A stretch of DNA of 64,000 bases from Malacoraja senta (taxonomy: Eukaryota): positions 558,001-622,000 of the forward strand of contig CM075990.1 in assembly GCA_038087875.1 (NCBI GenBank), written 5' to 3'. Under the pieces are notes generated by a model that ran no database searches, had not been told where the DNA came from, and was given only the letters and a program-made list of their open reading frames with translations. Position numbers and translations under genes: made by a program. Of this stretch, positions 33,780-47,529 are shown one piece after another (within the stretch, counting starts at the first letter, position 1; every line of letters starts with the position of its first letter).

Positions 33780-35080
33780 CAATCGCTATGGTCATTATGA
33801 CCCCTCAACTGTGTGACATAATCATTGACCCTGTCACTATGACCCCCTGAACCTATGAAATAAAATAATCGACCTTGTCACAATCACTACCTCACCTGTG
33901 ATAATATAATCATTGACCCTGTTACAATACGATTTGATACGATAAACACTTTATTTATCCCAGGAGGGAAATTGGTCTGCCGACAGTCATAAAACACAAG
34001 ATACATGAATCATGAAATTTCAAGGAATGACAAGGAAGGTGAAAAGTGACGAGTGAAAGGATTGGGGATGTGCAAAGATTGGGGACGGGTCAGTCTACCC
34101 CATGACAGAAGGGGAAGGAGTTGTACCGTTTGATAGCCACAGGGAAGAAGGATCTCCTGTGGCGTTTTGTGCTGCATCTTAGTGGAACCAGTCTGTTGCT
34201 GAAGGTGCTCCTCAGGTTGACCAGTGTGTCACTGGTCAATCACTACCAAATCACAATCTCACCTGTAATAAATAATCATCGAGTTGGTATGTCCCATTTG
34301 CGTGATGCTTACAAAAAAAAGTATTTGTTTTTCTCTTTTTCCCTCTTCTCTTTTTTCTTATATTTTAGGGTCTATTTCTTAACTCTTTCTTTTTGTTTTT
34401 AATTTCTTTCTTATAGGGTCTTTGTTTTTTTTGTTTGTTTTTTTTGTTTGTTTTTGTTGTCACGTTTTTACACCTTCACTTTTTTCCTTCACTTCTTTTC
34501 TCTCAATCTCATCCTTTCCCTTTATTAGTGTAAAAAATAAACGGAGTACATTAATTGTAATAAGATATATGTGGACGAGTACTAATGTAATTGGTTGTAA
34601 TGTAATGTACTTCTAATAAATATTTTTTTTTATTTTTTTATTTTTTTTTAAATAAAATAAAAAATTAATCATCAACCCAGTTACGATGATCACTTCACCT
34701 GTGACAATCTTATCATCGTCACCTCATCACTATGACCACCACACACATGATAATATATTTATCGACTTCATCACAGTGACCACCAAACCTGTGATAGCTT
34801 TAAAAATCATTGATCCCAACACAATCACCTTATTTGTGATAATATAAACATTGACCCCGATAGAATTAGCAGACCATTGATTCTTTAGTGTCTAAAGAAG
34901 GGTCTTGACCCGAAACATCACCCATTCCTTCTATCCAGAGATGCTGCCTGTCCGCAGAGTTACTCCAGCATTTTGCGTCTATCTTCAGTGATAATACCTG
35001 CAGTTCCTTCTTTGAACATTGATCATGTCAGAATTACCTTTCCTATAACAAAATAATCACCCGCCCAGACACAATAAACC
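33780..35080. repeat. diverged ~43-bp minisatellite interrupted by Rex1, L1 and Penelope-derived inserts
   Basis: Recurrent cacctgtgataatataatcattgaccctgtcacaat-like units. Confidence 0.6.
34281..34665 (+). mobile_element. L1 3' UTR fragment
   Basis: Homologous to 40048-40480; A-rich tail; TSD including taatcatc. Confidence 0.8.
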
Positions 35081-36981
35081 ATCTCATGTTCTCTAATTTC
35101 AGATAGTCCCTACTTTCTCCTCTCCTTTTCAGCTCTCCCTCAGCCCACTGGCTCCTCCTCTTCCTTTTTTCTTCCCACCCCCCACCCTCACATCAGTCTG
35201 AAGAAGGGTTTCGACCCGAAACGTTGCCTATTTCCTTCGCTCCATAGATGCTGCCTCACCCGCAGAGTTTCTCCACCATTTTTGTCAACCATCTCATCTT
35301 TAGACTTTAGAGACACAGCGCGGAAACTTGCCCTTTGGCCTACCGAGTCCACGCTAACCAGCGATCACCCTGTATATTAGCACTATCCTACACACAAGGG
35401 ATATTTTGTGTTGTATAAATAAAATATATAAAATCTCTCTCTGGAGAGAAGGAATGGGTGACGTTTTGGGTCAAGACCCTTCTTCAGACTGAGAGTCAGG
35501 AGAGAGGGAGACACAGATATGGAAGGGTGAGGTGTGAGAACACAGATGATCAAGGAAAATGTAGAATGTTCATTGTTAGTTGAGGGGAAGGTGACAAGGA
35601 GGCATAATCAGTAAAATGTGATCAGGGACAGTGATACTAGTTGGAGAACTAGGATGGGGGAGGGACAGAGCGAGGGAGGGAAAACAAGGGTTAAGGGCCT
35701 GTACCACTGTACGAGCTAATTCAAGAGTTCTCCCGAGTTTCCCCTGATTCGAACTCAGAGAATTACGGTAATTGCCGCTCGTAAGTACTCGGGGCTCTCG
35801 TGGACATTTTTCAACATGTTGAAAAATCTTCACGAGCTTACCGCGTTTCCCGAGTACCTGCCTTTAGCATTACGAGCCGCTAAAAGACGTCCCGAGCAAG
35901 TATATATTTAAAAGAACAAATGGACGTCTTTTTTGAAATAAATGACACTCCAGATATATCGCCTACTGTACTATGGGAATCTTTTAAAGCATTTATTAGA
36001 GGTGTTATAATCTCATATCAAGCTTTTCAAAATAAAAAGAATAAGAATGAACAAAGACAGTTAGAAGAACTTATTAGACAAATGGATATAGATAATGCTA
36101 AAGCTCCATCAATAGATAAACATAATAAAATAATAATTTTGAAATTTAAATTAAATAAACTGTTATCAGCCAAACTTATAAGACTTTTCCAAATTACTAA
36201 ACAGGAACACTTTGAATTTGGGGAGAAACCGCATAAACTGTTGGCTTGTCAGCTAAAAAAACGAGAAAAAGAACATACGATTCAAAAGATCAAATCAGCT
36301 AGAGGAGAATTACTAACCATACCGAAGGATATTAATAAAAGATTTGCGCAATTTTACGAGAATTTGTACACATCTAAAACGACAACTGACTCCAATAAAA
36401 TTACAGAGTTCTTGGATAATTGTAATCTTCCAAAGTTAGTCGAAGGAACAAGAGGAATTGGGTGCACAAATTTCAATTAAGGAATTAGAAGATACAATGA
36501 ACTCATTAAAGAATGGAAAAACTCCAGATCCTGATGGATTTACTAATGAATTTTATAAAAGCTTTTATGACAAAATTATACCATGGTTACAAAAAATGTA
36601 TTAATATGCTTTTAAAAAACAAATATTACCTGATACATTAGCTGAATCAACGATTACACTAATACTTAAAAAAGACAAAGATATAGAAGAAACGGGTTCA
36701 TATAGAGCTATAGCATTGTTAAATACAGATCAAAAAATATTAGCGAAAACATTAGCAAGAAGATTAAGTAAATATATTAGTAAATTAATAAACCCAGATC
36801 AGACGGGGTTTATCCCTAAGAGATATTCATCTAATAATATGAGACGTCTTCTCAATATAATGCACTCACACAAAATTGAAGAACAAGAATTATCAATTAT
36901 TTCGCTGGACGCTGAAAAAGCATTTGACCAAGTAGAATGGAATTATATGGATAAAGTATTACAAAAATTCCAACTGGGAGA

Positions 36982-38086
36982 TGCCAGAGAGTAATGGTGG
37001 ATGGCTGTTTGTCAGGTTGGAGGCCGGTGACTAGTGGGGTGCCTCAGGGGTCTGTGTTGGGTCCACTGTTGTTTGTCATGTACATCAATGATCTGGATGA
37101 TGGTGTGGAAAATTGGATTAGTAAGTATGCAGATGATACTAAGATAGGTGGTGTTGTGGATAATGAAGTAGATTTTCAAAGTCTACAGAGAGATTTAGGC
37201 CATTTGGAAGAGTGGGCTGAAAGATGGCAGATGGAGTTTAATGCTGACAAATGTGAGGTGCTACATCTCGGCAGGACAAATCAAAATAGGACGTACACGG
37301 TAAATGGTAGCGAATTGAGGAATGCAGTTGAACAGAGGGATCTAGGAATAACTGTGCATAGTTCCCTGAAGGTGGAATCTCATGTAGATAGGGTGGTAAA
37401 GAAAGCTTTTGGTGTGCTGGCCTTTATAAATCAGAGCATTGAATATAGAAGTTGGGATGTAATGTTAAAATTGTACAAGGCATTGGTGAGGCCAATTCTG
37501 GAGTATGGAGTACAATTTTGGTCGCCTAATTATAGGAAGGATGTCAACAAAATAGAGAGAGTACAGAGGAGATTTACTAGATTGTTGCCTGGGTTTCAGC
37601 AACTAAGTTACAGAGAAAGGTTGAACAAGTTAGGTCTTTATTCTTTGGAGCGCAGAAGGTTAAGAGGGGCCTTGATAGAGGTCTTTAAAATTATGAGCGG
37701 GTTAGACAGAGTGGACGTGGATAAGCTTTTCCCATTGAGAGAAGGGAAGATTCAAACAAGGGGACATGACTTGAGAATTAAGGGACAGAAGTTTAGGGGG
37801 AACATTAGGGGGAACTTCTTTACTCAGAGAGTGGTAGCTGTGTGGAATGAGCTTCCAGTGGAAGTGGTGGAGGCAGGTTCGATGTTATCCTTTAATAATA
37901 GATTGGATGGGTATATGGACGGGAAAGGAATGGAGGGTTATGGTCTGAGTGCAGGTAGAAGGGACTAGGGGGAAGTATTTATTTTTAATTTAAAAAAAAA
38001 AAAAAAAAATTAATGTTCAGCACGGACTTGAAGGGCCGAGATGGCCTGTTTCCGTGCTGTTATGGTTATATGGTTATATGGTTATA
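36982..38086 (+). mobile_element. 5'-truncated CR1 LINE inside the L1
   Basis: 7-bp TSD tgggaga (36975-36981, 38087-38093); (atggttat)n tail. Confidence 0.93.
36994..37968 (+). CDS. CR1 ORF2 RT C-terminal half (open, 324 aa)
   Basis: SGVPQGSVLGPLLF, KYADDTK, WQMEFNADKC, LYKALVRPILEY. Confidence 0.9.
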   Translation: MVDGCLSGWRPVTSGVPQGSVLGPLLFVMYINDLDDGVENWISKYADDTKIGGVVDNEVDFQSLQRDLGHLEEWAERWQMEFNADKCEVLHLGRTNQNRTYTVNGSELRNAVEQRDLGITVHSSLKVESHVDRVVKKAFGVLAFINQSIEYRSWDVMLKLYKALVRPILEYGVQFWSPNYRKDVNKIERVQRRFTRLLPGFQQLSYRERLNKLGLYSLERRRLRGALIEVFKIMSGLDRVDVDKLFPLREGKIQTRGHDLRIKGQKFRGNIRGNFFTQRVVAVWNELPVEVVEAGSMLSFNNRLDGYMDGKGMEGYGLSAGRRD

Positions 38087-41000
38087 TGGGAGAGAATTTT
38101 ATTTTATGGATTAAATTATTATATAATAAACCTACAGCTAGAATATTAACTAATAACATATTATCCTCGAAATTTCAACTATCAAGGGGAAATAGACAAG
38201 GATGCTCATTATCACCACAGTTGTTTGCTCTCATAATTGAACCTTTAGCAGAAAAAATTAGAACACATCCAGATATCCATGGGTATAATACTAAATATTC
38301 AAATAATAAAATATCCTTATACGCGGATGATATATTATTGTACATTACAAAACCTCAAATTACTATACCAAACATATTAAATCTAATTGAGGACTTTGGA
38401 TCTTTTTCCGGATACAGAATAAATTGGAATAAAAGTAAAATTATGTCAATAAAACCGAAAGACTCAACACATCTTTTAAAATTCCCTTTTAAAATAGCTA
38501 CAGAAATTTTTTAATACGTGGGTATTGAAATCACCAGAACATACCAAGGCATGTTCAAAGCAAATTTTGATCCTTTACTTAATAAATTAAATACACTAAT
38601 TAAATTTTGGAAAACGCTTCCGATGTCTTTAATAGGCCGAATAAATGCAATAAAAATGATTTTCCTACCACAAATTTTATACCTATTTCAATCGATTCCT
38701 ATATACCTACCAAAGAACTTTTTTTTTAAACTGGACTCAGATATTATTAATTTTATATGGGACTATAAATCACATAGAATACAAAGAACACACTTGAACA
38801 AAGCTAAAGTAGTAGGGGGCTTTGCACTCCCTAACTTCATGTATTATTATTGGTCAGTAAATATTAAAAATATGATCCAACTGATGGACAACTCTGCTCA
38901 GCAAGTGAACTGGATTGTAATGGAGAGAGAGGACTGCTCCTCTGGAAACATTGGAGCGATCCTCCTCTCACCAATGAAACTGAATAACATCAATTATAAC
39001 AAAAACCCAATTATACATAGCACAATCAGAACTTGGAAACAAATAAAACAAAATTTAAAATTAAGAAATCTATCGCATTTATCTCCAATAGTTAATAACC
39101 CTTCGTTTAATCCCTCTATTACAGACAAATCTTTTATACAATGGGATAGACTAGGAATTAAAACGTTCGGCGATTTGTATGAAACTGGAAAATTACTATC
39201 ATTCCAACAACTACAAATAAAATATAAACTGGGAAATAATCAATATTTTAAATATTTTCAAATATGTGACTATCTGAAAAAATATACAAAAGATCATTAT
39301 AATATCCCAGCAGATGGTATTGCATGAAGCAATGCAGATAAAAGCTGAATCAGCAAACTTAATATCATATTTGTATAATATTATCTTAAATGTAGAAATA
39401 CCATCTACGGAAGGTATTAGAAGAGACTGGGAACAAGAATTAGCTATTAAAATCTCAAAGGAAAGCTGGAATAAACATGTATTAAACGTGCATAAATGTT
39501 TGATTAATGTAAGACACACTTTAATACAATTTAAAATTTTACGTAGATTATATTATTCAAAAACTAAAATTAATAAGATTTTCCCAAATGTATCATCCAT
39601 TTGTGATAAATGTCAATCTCAAGAAGCTACTATAGCACACTCATACATTTTTTGTACAAAAATTCAAAAATTTTGGATTGAAATGTTTGAAATCTTTACA
39701 AAATTATTTAAAATAAAACTGATACCAAAAGCAGAATGAATTATCTTCGGAACAACGGAAGATAGTCCAGAACTAAATGTGTTTCAAAAGAAATTAATAG
39801 ACTATGGGTTAATAACTGGAAAAATGTTAATCCTAAAATTCTGGAAAAATGCTCCAATACCAACCATAAACATGTGGATTTCAAATATGTTCGAAACATT
39901 ACACCTAGAAAAGATAAGACTCCTCCTGGCAGGTAAGCCAGATCACTTCCACCTGACGTGGTCTGCATTCATAGAATTATTACAAGTATAGGGTGCAAAA
40001 GTACTTAAAAAAAAAACTGAGGTCAGGTACAGGGGGATGAAAGCTGGAGAGTTGGTATATCCCATTTGCGTGATGCGTATAACAAAGTATTTGTTTTTCT
40101 ATTTTTCCTCTTTTTCTTTTTTCTTCTTCTTTAGGGTCTACCTCTTAATTCTTTCTTTTTAATTTCTTTCTTACAGGGTCTTTGTTCTTTCTTGTTGTCA
40201 CGTTTTTACACCTTCACTATTTTCCTTCACTTTCTCTTTTTTCTTAATCTTAACCTCTTACAGGGTCTTTGTTCTTTCTTGTTGTCACGTTTTTACACCT
40301 TCACTATTTTCCTTCACTTTCTCTTTTTTCTTAATCTTAACCTTTCCTTCTTATTAGTGTAAAAAATGACAGAGTACATTAATTGTAATAATATATACGT
40401 GATGAGTATTAATGTAATTGGTTGTAATGTAATGTACTTCTAATTAAAAAAATTAAAAATAAATAAATAAATAAATAAAATAAAAAAAGACGTCCCGAGC
40501 TCCGACATACCCACTACGTACATTCTACGTACTTACCACGAGTTTGTTTTGTTTTTTAACTCGGGAGAGCTCTTGAATTACCTCGTACAGTGGGACAGGC
40601 CCTTAACTTGGTTAGATAAAACTATTTTTATACCGCTGGGTTAATAGTCAGGGCCCTCCAAATGCAGATCTATTGCTCTTTTTTCCAGCCAAGTGGTGTT
40701 TCCGATACTGAGTAGCTCTGATGGCAGGGATGGTTTATGGGATTGGAGTTTTGGGAATGTCAGGACTGCATTGTCCAAACTCTTCAGTTTCAATGTTTTC
40801 AGAAGGAACTGCAGATGCTGGTTTAAACCGAAGATAGACACAAAATGTTGGAGTAACTCAGTGGGACAGGCAGCATCTCTGGAGAGAAGGAATGGGTGAT
40901 GTTTCGGTTCGCGACCCTTCTTCAGACTGAAAGTCACGGGAAAGGAAAACGAGAGATAAAGGCGATGCTGAAGAGAGATATAGAACAAATGAATGAAAGA

Positions 41001-41971
41001 TAAGCAAAAAAATAACAATAATAAAGGAAACAGGCCATTGTTAGCTGTAGCAAGGAAGGGCAGTTGGTTTGAATTATATTTATTTTAATGCAAGAGACCT
41101 GACAGGTAAGGCAGATGAGCTAAGGGCATGAATAGGTATGTGCGACTGTGACGTTGTAGCCATTACAGAAGCGTGGTTAAAAGATGGGCTCATCGAAAAT
41201 TCACCCATTCCTTCTCTCCAGAGATGCTGCCTGAGATTCCAGCTTTTTGCATCTATCTTGTGTCTCAATGCCTGTCTTCATGGTCCTATCGTCAAGCAAT
41301 GTTCAGGAAACCTTAGCATTTGTAATTCCATCCTTTCCTCAATCAAAAATGTATTGTAGATTATGAATTGGAACTACGACCTTTTTGCTGGCCTGTATGG
41401 CTTTCCCGGCTTGCAAAATGTTAAATAGTAATTTATTTGAGACTCTCTGGAAAATGTGAATCTGTTTAAGCAAAGTGGAAGTTTCAATTATGTATCTGAC
41501 TATGAGTGATTCAATATTGAGGAGGCAATGCATGAAGATGTATCAACGTGATCCTTGAAGGTGAAGGATTCTGTTTCTCGCCCTCTCCCTTGTGCAATCA
41601 GTGAACTACTAAGAGTTCACAACTCAGTCGGTTCTGCATGGAAGAACATAACCACAAACCACCTTTCAGTTAACCCGGCATTCTAATTATCCTCTCGGAG
41701 GAATGAACTGAATTATTCATGGCCATGCAAAATAATTTAATCCAAATTGGAAACCTTCCTGATTTTTAATTCATGTATTGAAGATGAGTTTGCAGATCAA
41801 ATGCAAGTAAACTCCAGAGATCAAAAGAAAGGAACAACAGTATGTGCATTTACATTTTGAATTCAAATAATTAACATTCAAAGCACCAGTGAAATCTATG
41901 TAAACTGTAATATTCAAAGGAACATCAGGCCTCATGAGCTTGAAGGATATTTTTTGATATATTCTTATTTT

Positions 41972-42281
41972 TTTAGTTTAGAGATACAGCGCGAAAGAGG
42001 CCCTTTGCCCCACCGAGTCTGCACCGACCAGTGATCCCTGCTCATTAACACTATCCTGCACTAGGGACAATTTTTACACTTATACCAAGCCAATTAATCT
42101 GCAAACCTGTACATCTTTGGAGTGTGGGAGGAAACCGAAGTTCTCAGAGAAAACCCACGTGGTCATGGGGGGAATGTACAAACTCCGTACAGACAAGCAC
42201 CTGTAGCCAGGATCGAACCCGCGTCTCTGACGCTGTTAGCGCTGTAAGGCGGCAACTCTCCCGCTGCGCCTCCATGCCGCC
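41972..42281 (-). mobile_element. HE1-type V-SINE
   Basis: Full reverse-strand SINE. Confidence 0.82.
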
Positions 42282-42737
42282 CCCTTTTTCCTTATTCCTT
42301 AAGTTGAAATGTGGTGAAGTAATAAATGAACGATGAATGCTTCCTTGTTTTTTTGCAGTCAATGATGCATTGTGTCATGGCTTTGCTGACAGTCGGGAAA
42401 TCTGGGTAGGATTACACGATGAAATGATCAGTTTAATTGTTTTTAAGTTTTGCTCTGAAACACTAAATTGACTTTGGATCACTGCAATAAGCATCACGCA
42501 GACACAAATAAACTGCTGCTAGATTTTCCAGTAAGGTTAAACTGTATACAATTGGTTAGTCACCAGACACATCTACAAAAGAAAAGATTTACCATCAGGC
42601 TCTGGAAGACGTCGGGGAGGGGTTAAGAGGCAGAAGGTGGGAATTCTGAGTGGTGGAAATGCTGAGATGGGTTAAAGGGAGGCACTAAATACAAACAGGA
42701 CCATTCAGCATATTTGGAAAATACTGGCTAGGAGTTT

Positions 42738-43700
42738 GGGTGGAACATTGGCGTAGCAGTAGATCTGCTGTCTTACAGTGCCAGAGACCCGGGTTAGATC
42801 CTGACTACGAGTGCTGTCTATACGGAGGTTGTACATTCTTCCCATGACCTGCGAGGGTTTTCTCCGAGATCTTCGGTCTCCTCCCACACTCCAAAGAAGT
42901 GGCCAAGAAGGCTTTGGGTACATTGGTCCTCATCAGTCAGGGCATTGATCATAGAAATTGGAATGTTATGTTACAGTTATACAAAACATTGGTGAGACCA
43001 CACTTGGAATATTGTGTTCAGTTTTAATCACCCTTCCATAGGAAGGATGTTGTTAAGCTGCAAAGAGTGCAGAGAAGATTTACAAGGATGTTGCTGGGAC
43101 TTGTAGCCCGGAGCTATAGGGAGAGACTGAGCAGGCTAGGGCGTGGTTCCTTGGAGCACAGGAGAGTGATTGTATAGAGGTGGATAAGATCATGAAGGGA
43201 ATAGATATGGTGAATGTACAGTCTTTTACCCAAAATAGGGGAATCAAGAACCAGAGGACATAGGTTAAAGGTGAGAGGGGAAAACATTAATAGGAACCTG
43301 ATGGGCACAGAGGATGGTGGGTATATGGAATGAGTTACTTGAGGAGGTAGTAGAGGCAGGTACTCTAACAACATTTGAAAGACAAATGGACAGGTACATG
43401 GATAGGAAAGATTTCGGGAGCTATGTGCCAAATGCAGGCAGGTGGGACCTGTTTATTTGGGGCAACTTTGTTGGCATGGGGATGTTGAGTTGAAGGGCAT
43501 GTTTCCCAGCTGTATGACTCTATGACTATGACTGTATGATTCCTGTCTCTGGTACAGTTCAGGTACCAGAGACAGGAAAATAGCTGACGTGGTTCCTTTA
43601 TTTAAGAAGGGAAGCAAGGTTAAGCTAGGTAACTGTAGGCCACTGAGCCTTAAAAGAGTGTGGAGAAATTATTGGAAAAACTTATAGGGAACAGGATAAT
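42738..43700 (+). mobile_element. V-SINE 5' part followed by CR1 fragments
   Basis: SINE head and V-domain, then LYKTLVRPHLEYCVQF and a (tatgactc)n tail. Confidence 0.7.
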
Positions 43701-45439
43701 GGTGTTAAAAGCAGAGCTGTAGTCTATGAATAGGAGTCGGAGGTACTGTCTCTCTTATCCCAATGTTCAGAGATGAGTAGGGCCAGGCTAATGGCATCAT
43801 CTGTGGACCTGTTGTGCCCGTAGGTGAACTGTAGTGGGTCAAGGCCGCTGGGTAGACTGGATTTATTACGTTCCATAACTAGCCTCTCAAAGCAGTTCAT
43901 GATGGTGAATGTCAAGGCCATTGGACGGTAGTTGTTAAGGCATGAGGTCTTGCTTTTGTTCAGCACCGGGATGATGGTGGTCTTCTTAAAACAGGTGGGT
44001 ACCTCAGAGCGGAGTAGGGAGAGATTAAAGATGTCCATGAATACTCCCACGAGCTGGTCTGCGCTGAGGACACAGCCAGGAACTCCATCTGGGCCAGTTG
44101 CCTTCCATGGGTTCACCCTTAAGAAGGCCCATCTAACATTTGCTATAGTGTTCTTGGGGAGAGGCACACTGAAGGGCTGAAGGGCTAAGTGTCACTGCCC
44201 TGTTGGGCTTCTGTTCGAAGCAATCCTAGAAAGCATTCAGTTCATCTGGTAGGGCCACACTATCACCAATGATGTTGGTGATAGTGTTGGCTGCACTATC
44301 ACCAATGAAAGATGCCTGACCTTGCTTTGCAGCCAATTATCTTATTCAGACCTTGCCACATTCTCTATGTGTCCGAGTGATGATACTGGGACTCACGTTT
44401 GTCCCGGTACTGTCTCTTCACATCCTTGATGGCTTTATGGAGATCATAGCGGGCCTTCTTGTACTGCTCGGGATCGTTTGACTTGTACGCAGCAGACCTG
44501 GCCTTAACCTGCGAATGTACCTCGCAGTTCATCCATGGTTGGGGAACATTCGGATTGATTTCATTGGCAGACAGTCTCCCACACACTTGCTGATGAAGCC
44601 AGTCACGGCAGTGGTGTACTCAGTCAGGTTAGCTGCAGAATACCTGAATATGAACCAATCCACTGACTCAAAGCAGTCGTGTAGGATGTCATCCATGTCC
44701 ATCGAACAGCAGTGAACAATTCTCTGTACCGGAACCCCTACTTTAGTTTTTGTTCATAGTCAAGGCACATCTATCTCTATACATATAAAACTCTGATCTT
44801 GGATGTGAATGTGAGTATAATATTCTCAAAAATACGACGCGCTAACGGTAACTTTTTTACATATTCCGGTAGAGATTTCCCCGTGGAGTCCAAAATCGCC
44901 TTATCTGAAATTTTCATGCTTTACCTCTCGAGTTATTAATGAAAATGTACAAAAATCCGACAAAGCTGAAATAAAAAGAACTGTCGCGCTGATGATGTCA
45001 CAATGGATCTGCGTGCCTGCCGTCTTCCAGATGCTGCAAGTGATGTCAACCCCGCAACCTCTCCCTCCTCCCCGTTATTCAAAAGATGCAGCCCTCTCAC
45101 CCTCCCCCCCCACCTCTCCCTGCTCCCCCTCCTCGCCCCCTATCCCTCCTCTCCCCCCTGCTCTACCCCCCACCTCTCCCCCCACACATCCCAAACCCCC
45201 TCACCTCTCACCTCCCACCTCCCCCTCCTCCCCCTGTTATTCAAAAGACACTCGGGGGTCGCTTTCTCTTGGGGATCGCTTACTCTCGGCGCTTTCTCTC
45301 GGCTCCTCTCTCTCCCCCCGGCCTATCTCTCCCCCGGCCTCTCTTCCCCCCAGCCTTTCTTCCACACCACCCTCCCCCAACCTCTTCCCCCCCCTCCCCC
45401 CTCCCCCCTCCCCCCTCCCCTATACCCCCAAATGTACTA

Positions 45440-46262
45440 TGACATTGTCCATGGGGGCCATCCCGCTGCAGAAATAACCCTTCAACATGCAAAAGGAATG
45501 CTGTTCTGGCCAGACATGGCTAACTACATTCTAGAAAGGATTTCTATCTGCCAATCTGCAATAGCTTGACCCCGCACCAACAGAAGCAACCACTCCTCTC
45601 GCACCCCACGCCGGACTTATCCTGGTCCACAGTAGCAGCCGACAGCAAACAATACCTGGTTCTAGTTGATTCCTACTCAGGATGGTTTGAAATCGACCTG
45701 CCCAGTAGCCCGACCTCAGCCATGGTCATTCAGAAACTAACTCGTCACTTCTCTGTCCACGGAGCCCCCTAATGCTGCTCTCAGATAATGGACCTCAGTT
45801 CTCAAGTCAGCTCTTCAGGAATTTCGCAAAAAGCTGGGACTTTCTTGCCTGGCTGAGCGTGCGGTAAAATGTTCAAAGGAACTAATGGGATGCTCACACA
45901 GGGCCGGCTCTGATGTTTATCTCAACTTATTTAACCTTCAGAACATCGTCCGCGACCTGGGATCTGCAGCTGAACGGCTCATGTCACGGTGAACCCGCTC
46001 CACTCTGCCTATGCCAAGCAACTACTAGAACCACAAGTTCATGTACCGTCAGTTATGCAATCCCAACTCCAACGCCACCGCAACATACAAAGAAAATACT
46101 ACAATAAAACCAGCTCTCCGCTTCAACCGCTCAACAAGGGACCGGTTGTCCGTTTGCGGTCACTCGGAGTCATTCTGGGGTCCACCGCGGAACCACGCTC
46201 GTACTTGGTCAGTATTGACAACGGCATTTATCGGCGAACCCGCCAACACCTCCTTCCAGTTA
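45440..46262 (+). pseudogene. Gypsy/Ty3 integrase fragment
   Basis: HGGHP...FWPDM...C zinc-finger region, YLVLVDSYSGW, SDNGPQFSS, AERAVK, PRSYLV...YRRTRQHL. Confidence 0.85.
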
Positions 46263-47529
46263 ATAGAAACATAGAAACATAGAAACATAGAAAATAGGTG
46301 CAGGAGTAGGCCATTCGGCCCTTCGAGCCTGCACCGCCATTTGATATGATCATGGCTGATCATCCAACTCAGTATCCCATCCCTGCCTTCTCTCCATACC
46401 CCCTGATCCCTTTAGCCACAAGGGCCACATCTAACTCCCTCTTTGCCAAACTGGGATGAACAATTGTTGTTGTTCATCCATGCAGTCTTTAAATGCCTTC
46501 CATTGCATATCTACCGTCAACCCATTAAGAATCAATTGCCAGTCTATCTTGGACAATTCACTTCTCATACCCTCAAAGTTACCTTTCTTTAAGTTCAGGA
46601 CCGNNNNNNNNNNNNNNNNNNNNNNNNNNNNNNNNNNNNNNNNNNNNNNNNNNNNNNNNNNNNNNNNNNNNNNNNNNNNNNNNNNNNNNNNNNNNNNNNN
46701 NNNNNNNNNNNNNNNNNNNNNNNNNNNNNNNNNNNNNNNNNNNNNNNNNNNNNNNNNNNNNNNNNNNNNNNNNNNNNNNNNNNNNNNNNNNNNNNNNNNN
46801 NNNCAGATTCACCACTCTCTGTGTATAAAATGATTTCCTCATCTCGGTCCTAAAAGTCTTCCCTCTTATCCTTAAACTGTGACCCCTAGTTTTGGACTTC
46901 CCCAACATCGGGAATAATCTTCCTGCATCTAGCCTGTCCAACCCCTTAAGAATTTTGTAAGTTTCTATAAGATCCCCCCTCAGTCTTCTGAATTCCAACG
47001 TGGACATCCTTGTGATTGAGGCAGTGCAGCGTAGGTTCACGAGATTTATCCCTGGGATGGCGGGACTGTCATATGAGGAAAGATTGAAAAGAATAGGCTT
47101 GTATTCACTGGAGTTTAGAAGGATGAGGGGATCTTATAGAAACATATAAAATTATAAAAGGACTCGACAAGCTAGATGCAGGAAAAATGTTCCCAATGTT
47201 GGGCGAGTCCAGAACCAGGGGCCACAGTCTTAGAATAAAGGGGAGGTCATTTAAAACTGAGGTGAGAAAAAGCTTTTTCACCCAGAGAGTTGTGAATTTA
47301 AGGAATCCCCTGCCACGGAGGGCAGTGGAGGCCAAATCACTGGATGGATTTAAGAGAGAGTTAGATTGAGCTCTAGGGGCTAGTGGAGTCAAGGGATATG
47401 GGGAGGAGGCAGGCACGGGTTAATGTTGGGGGACGATCAGCCATGATCACAACGAATGGCGGTGCTGGCTCGAAGGGCCGAATGGCCTCCTCCTGCACGT
47501 ATTTTCTATGTTTCTATGTTTCTATGTTT
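46263..47529. mobile_element. two CR1 3' ends arranged head-to-head
   Basis: (atagaaac)n tail at 46263 and (tttctatg)n tail at 47529; junction near 46998. Confidence 0.75.
46604..46803. other. assembly gap (200 N)
   Basis: Run of N. Confidence 1.

Larger units (their letters stand above)
35920..39991 (+). pseudogene. L1 ORF2 (RT), disrupted
   Basis: Consecutive ORF pieces broken by a few stops/frameshifts and the CR1 insertion. Confidence 0.88.
35898..40484 (+). mobile_element. 5'-truncated L1-clade LINE
   Basis: ORF2 fragments (LWESFKAFIRG, DQTGFIPKR, SLDAEKAFDQVEW, GNRQGCSLSP, YADD, C-terminal CCHC); A-rich tail; 16-bp TSD aaaagacgtcccgagc at a T/AAAA site. Confidence 0.93.
35694..40603. 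mobile_element. PIF/Harbinger-type MITE (copy c) split by an L1
   Basis: Left part 35694-35897, right part 40485-40603; TIRs agggcctgtaccactgtacgag / ctcgtacagtgggacaggccct; TAA/TTA context. Confidence 0.85.

Noticed and set aside
44992..45442. Pro/Ser-rich ORFs
   Set aside because: C-rich low-complexity sequence; only the part after ~45440 is real (integrase)
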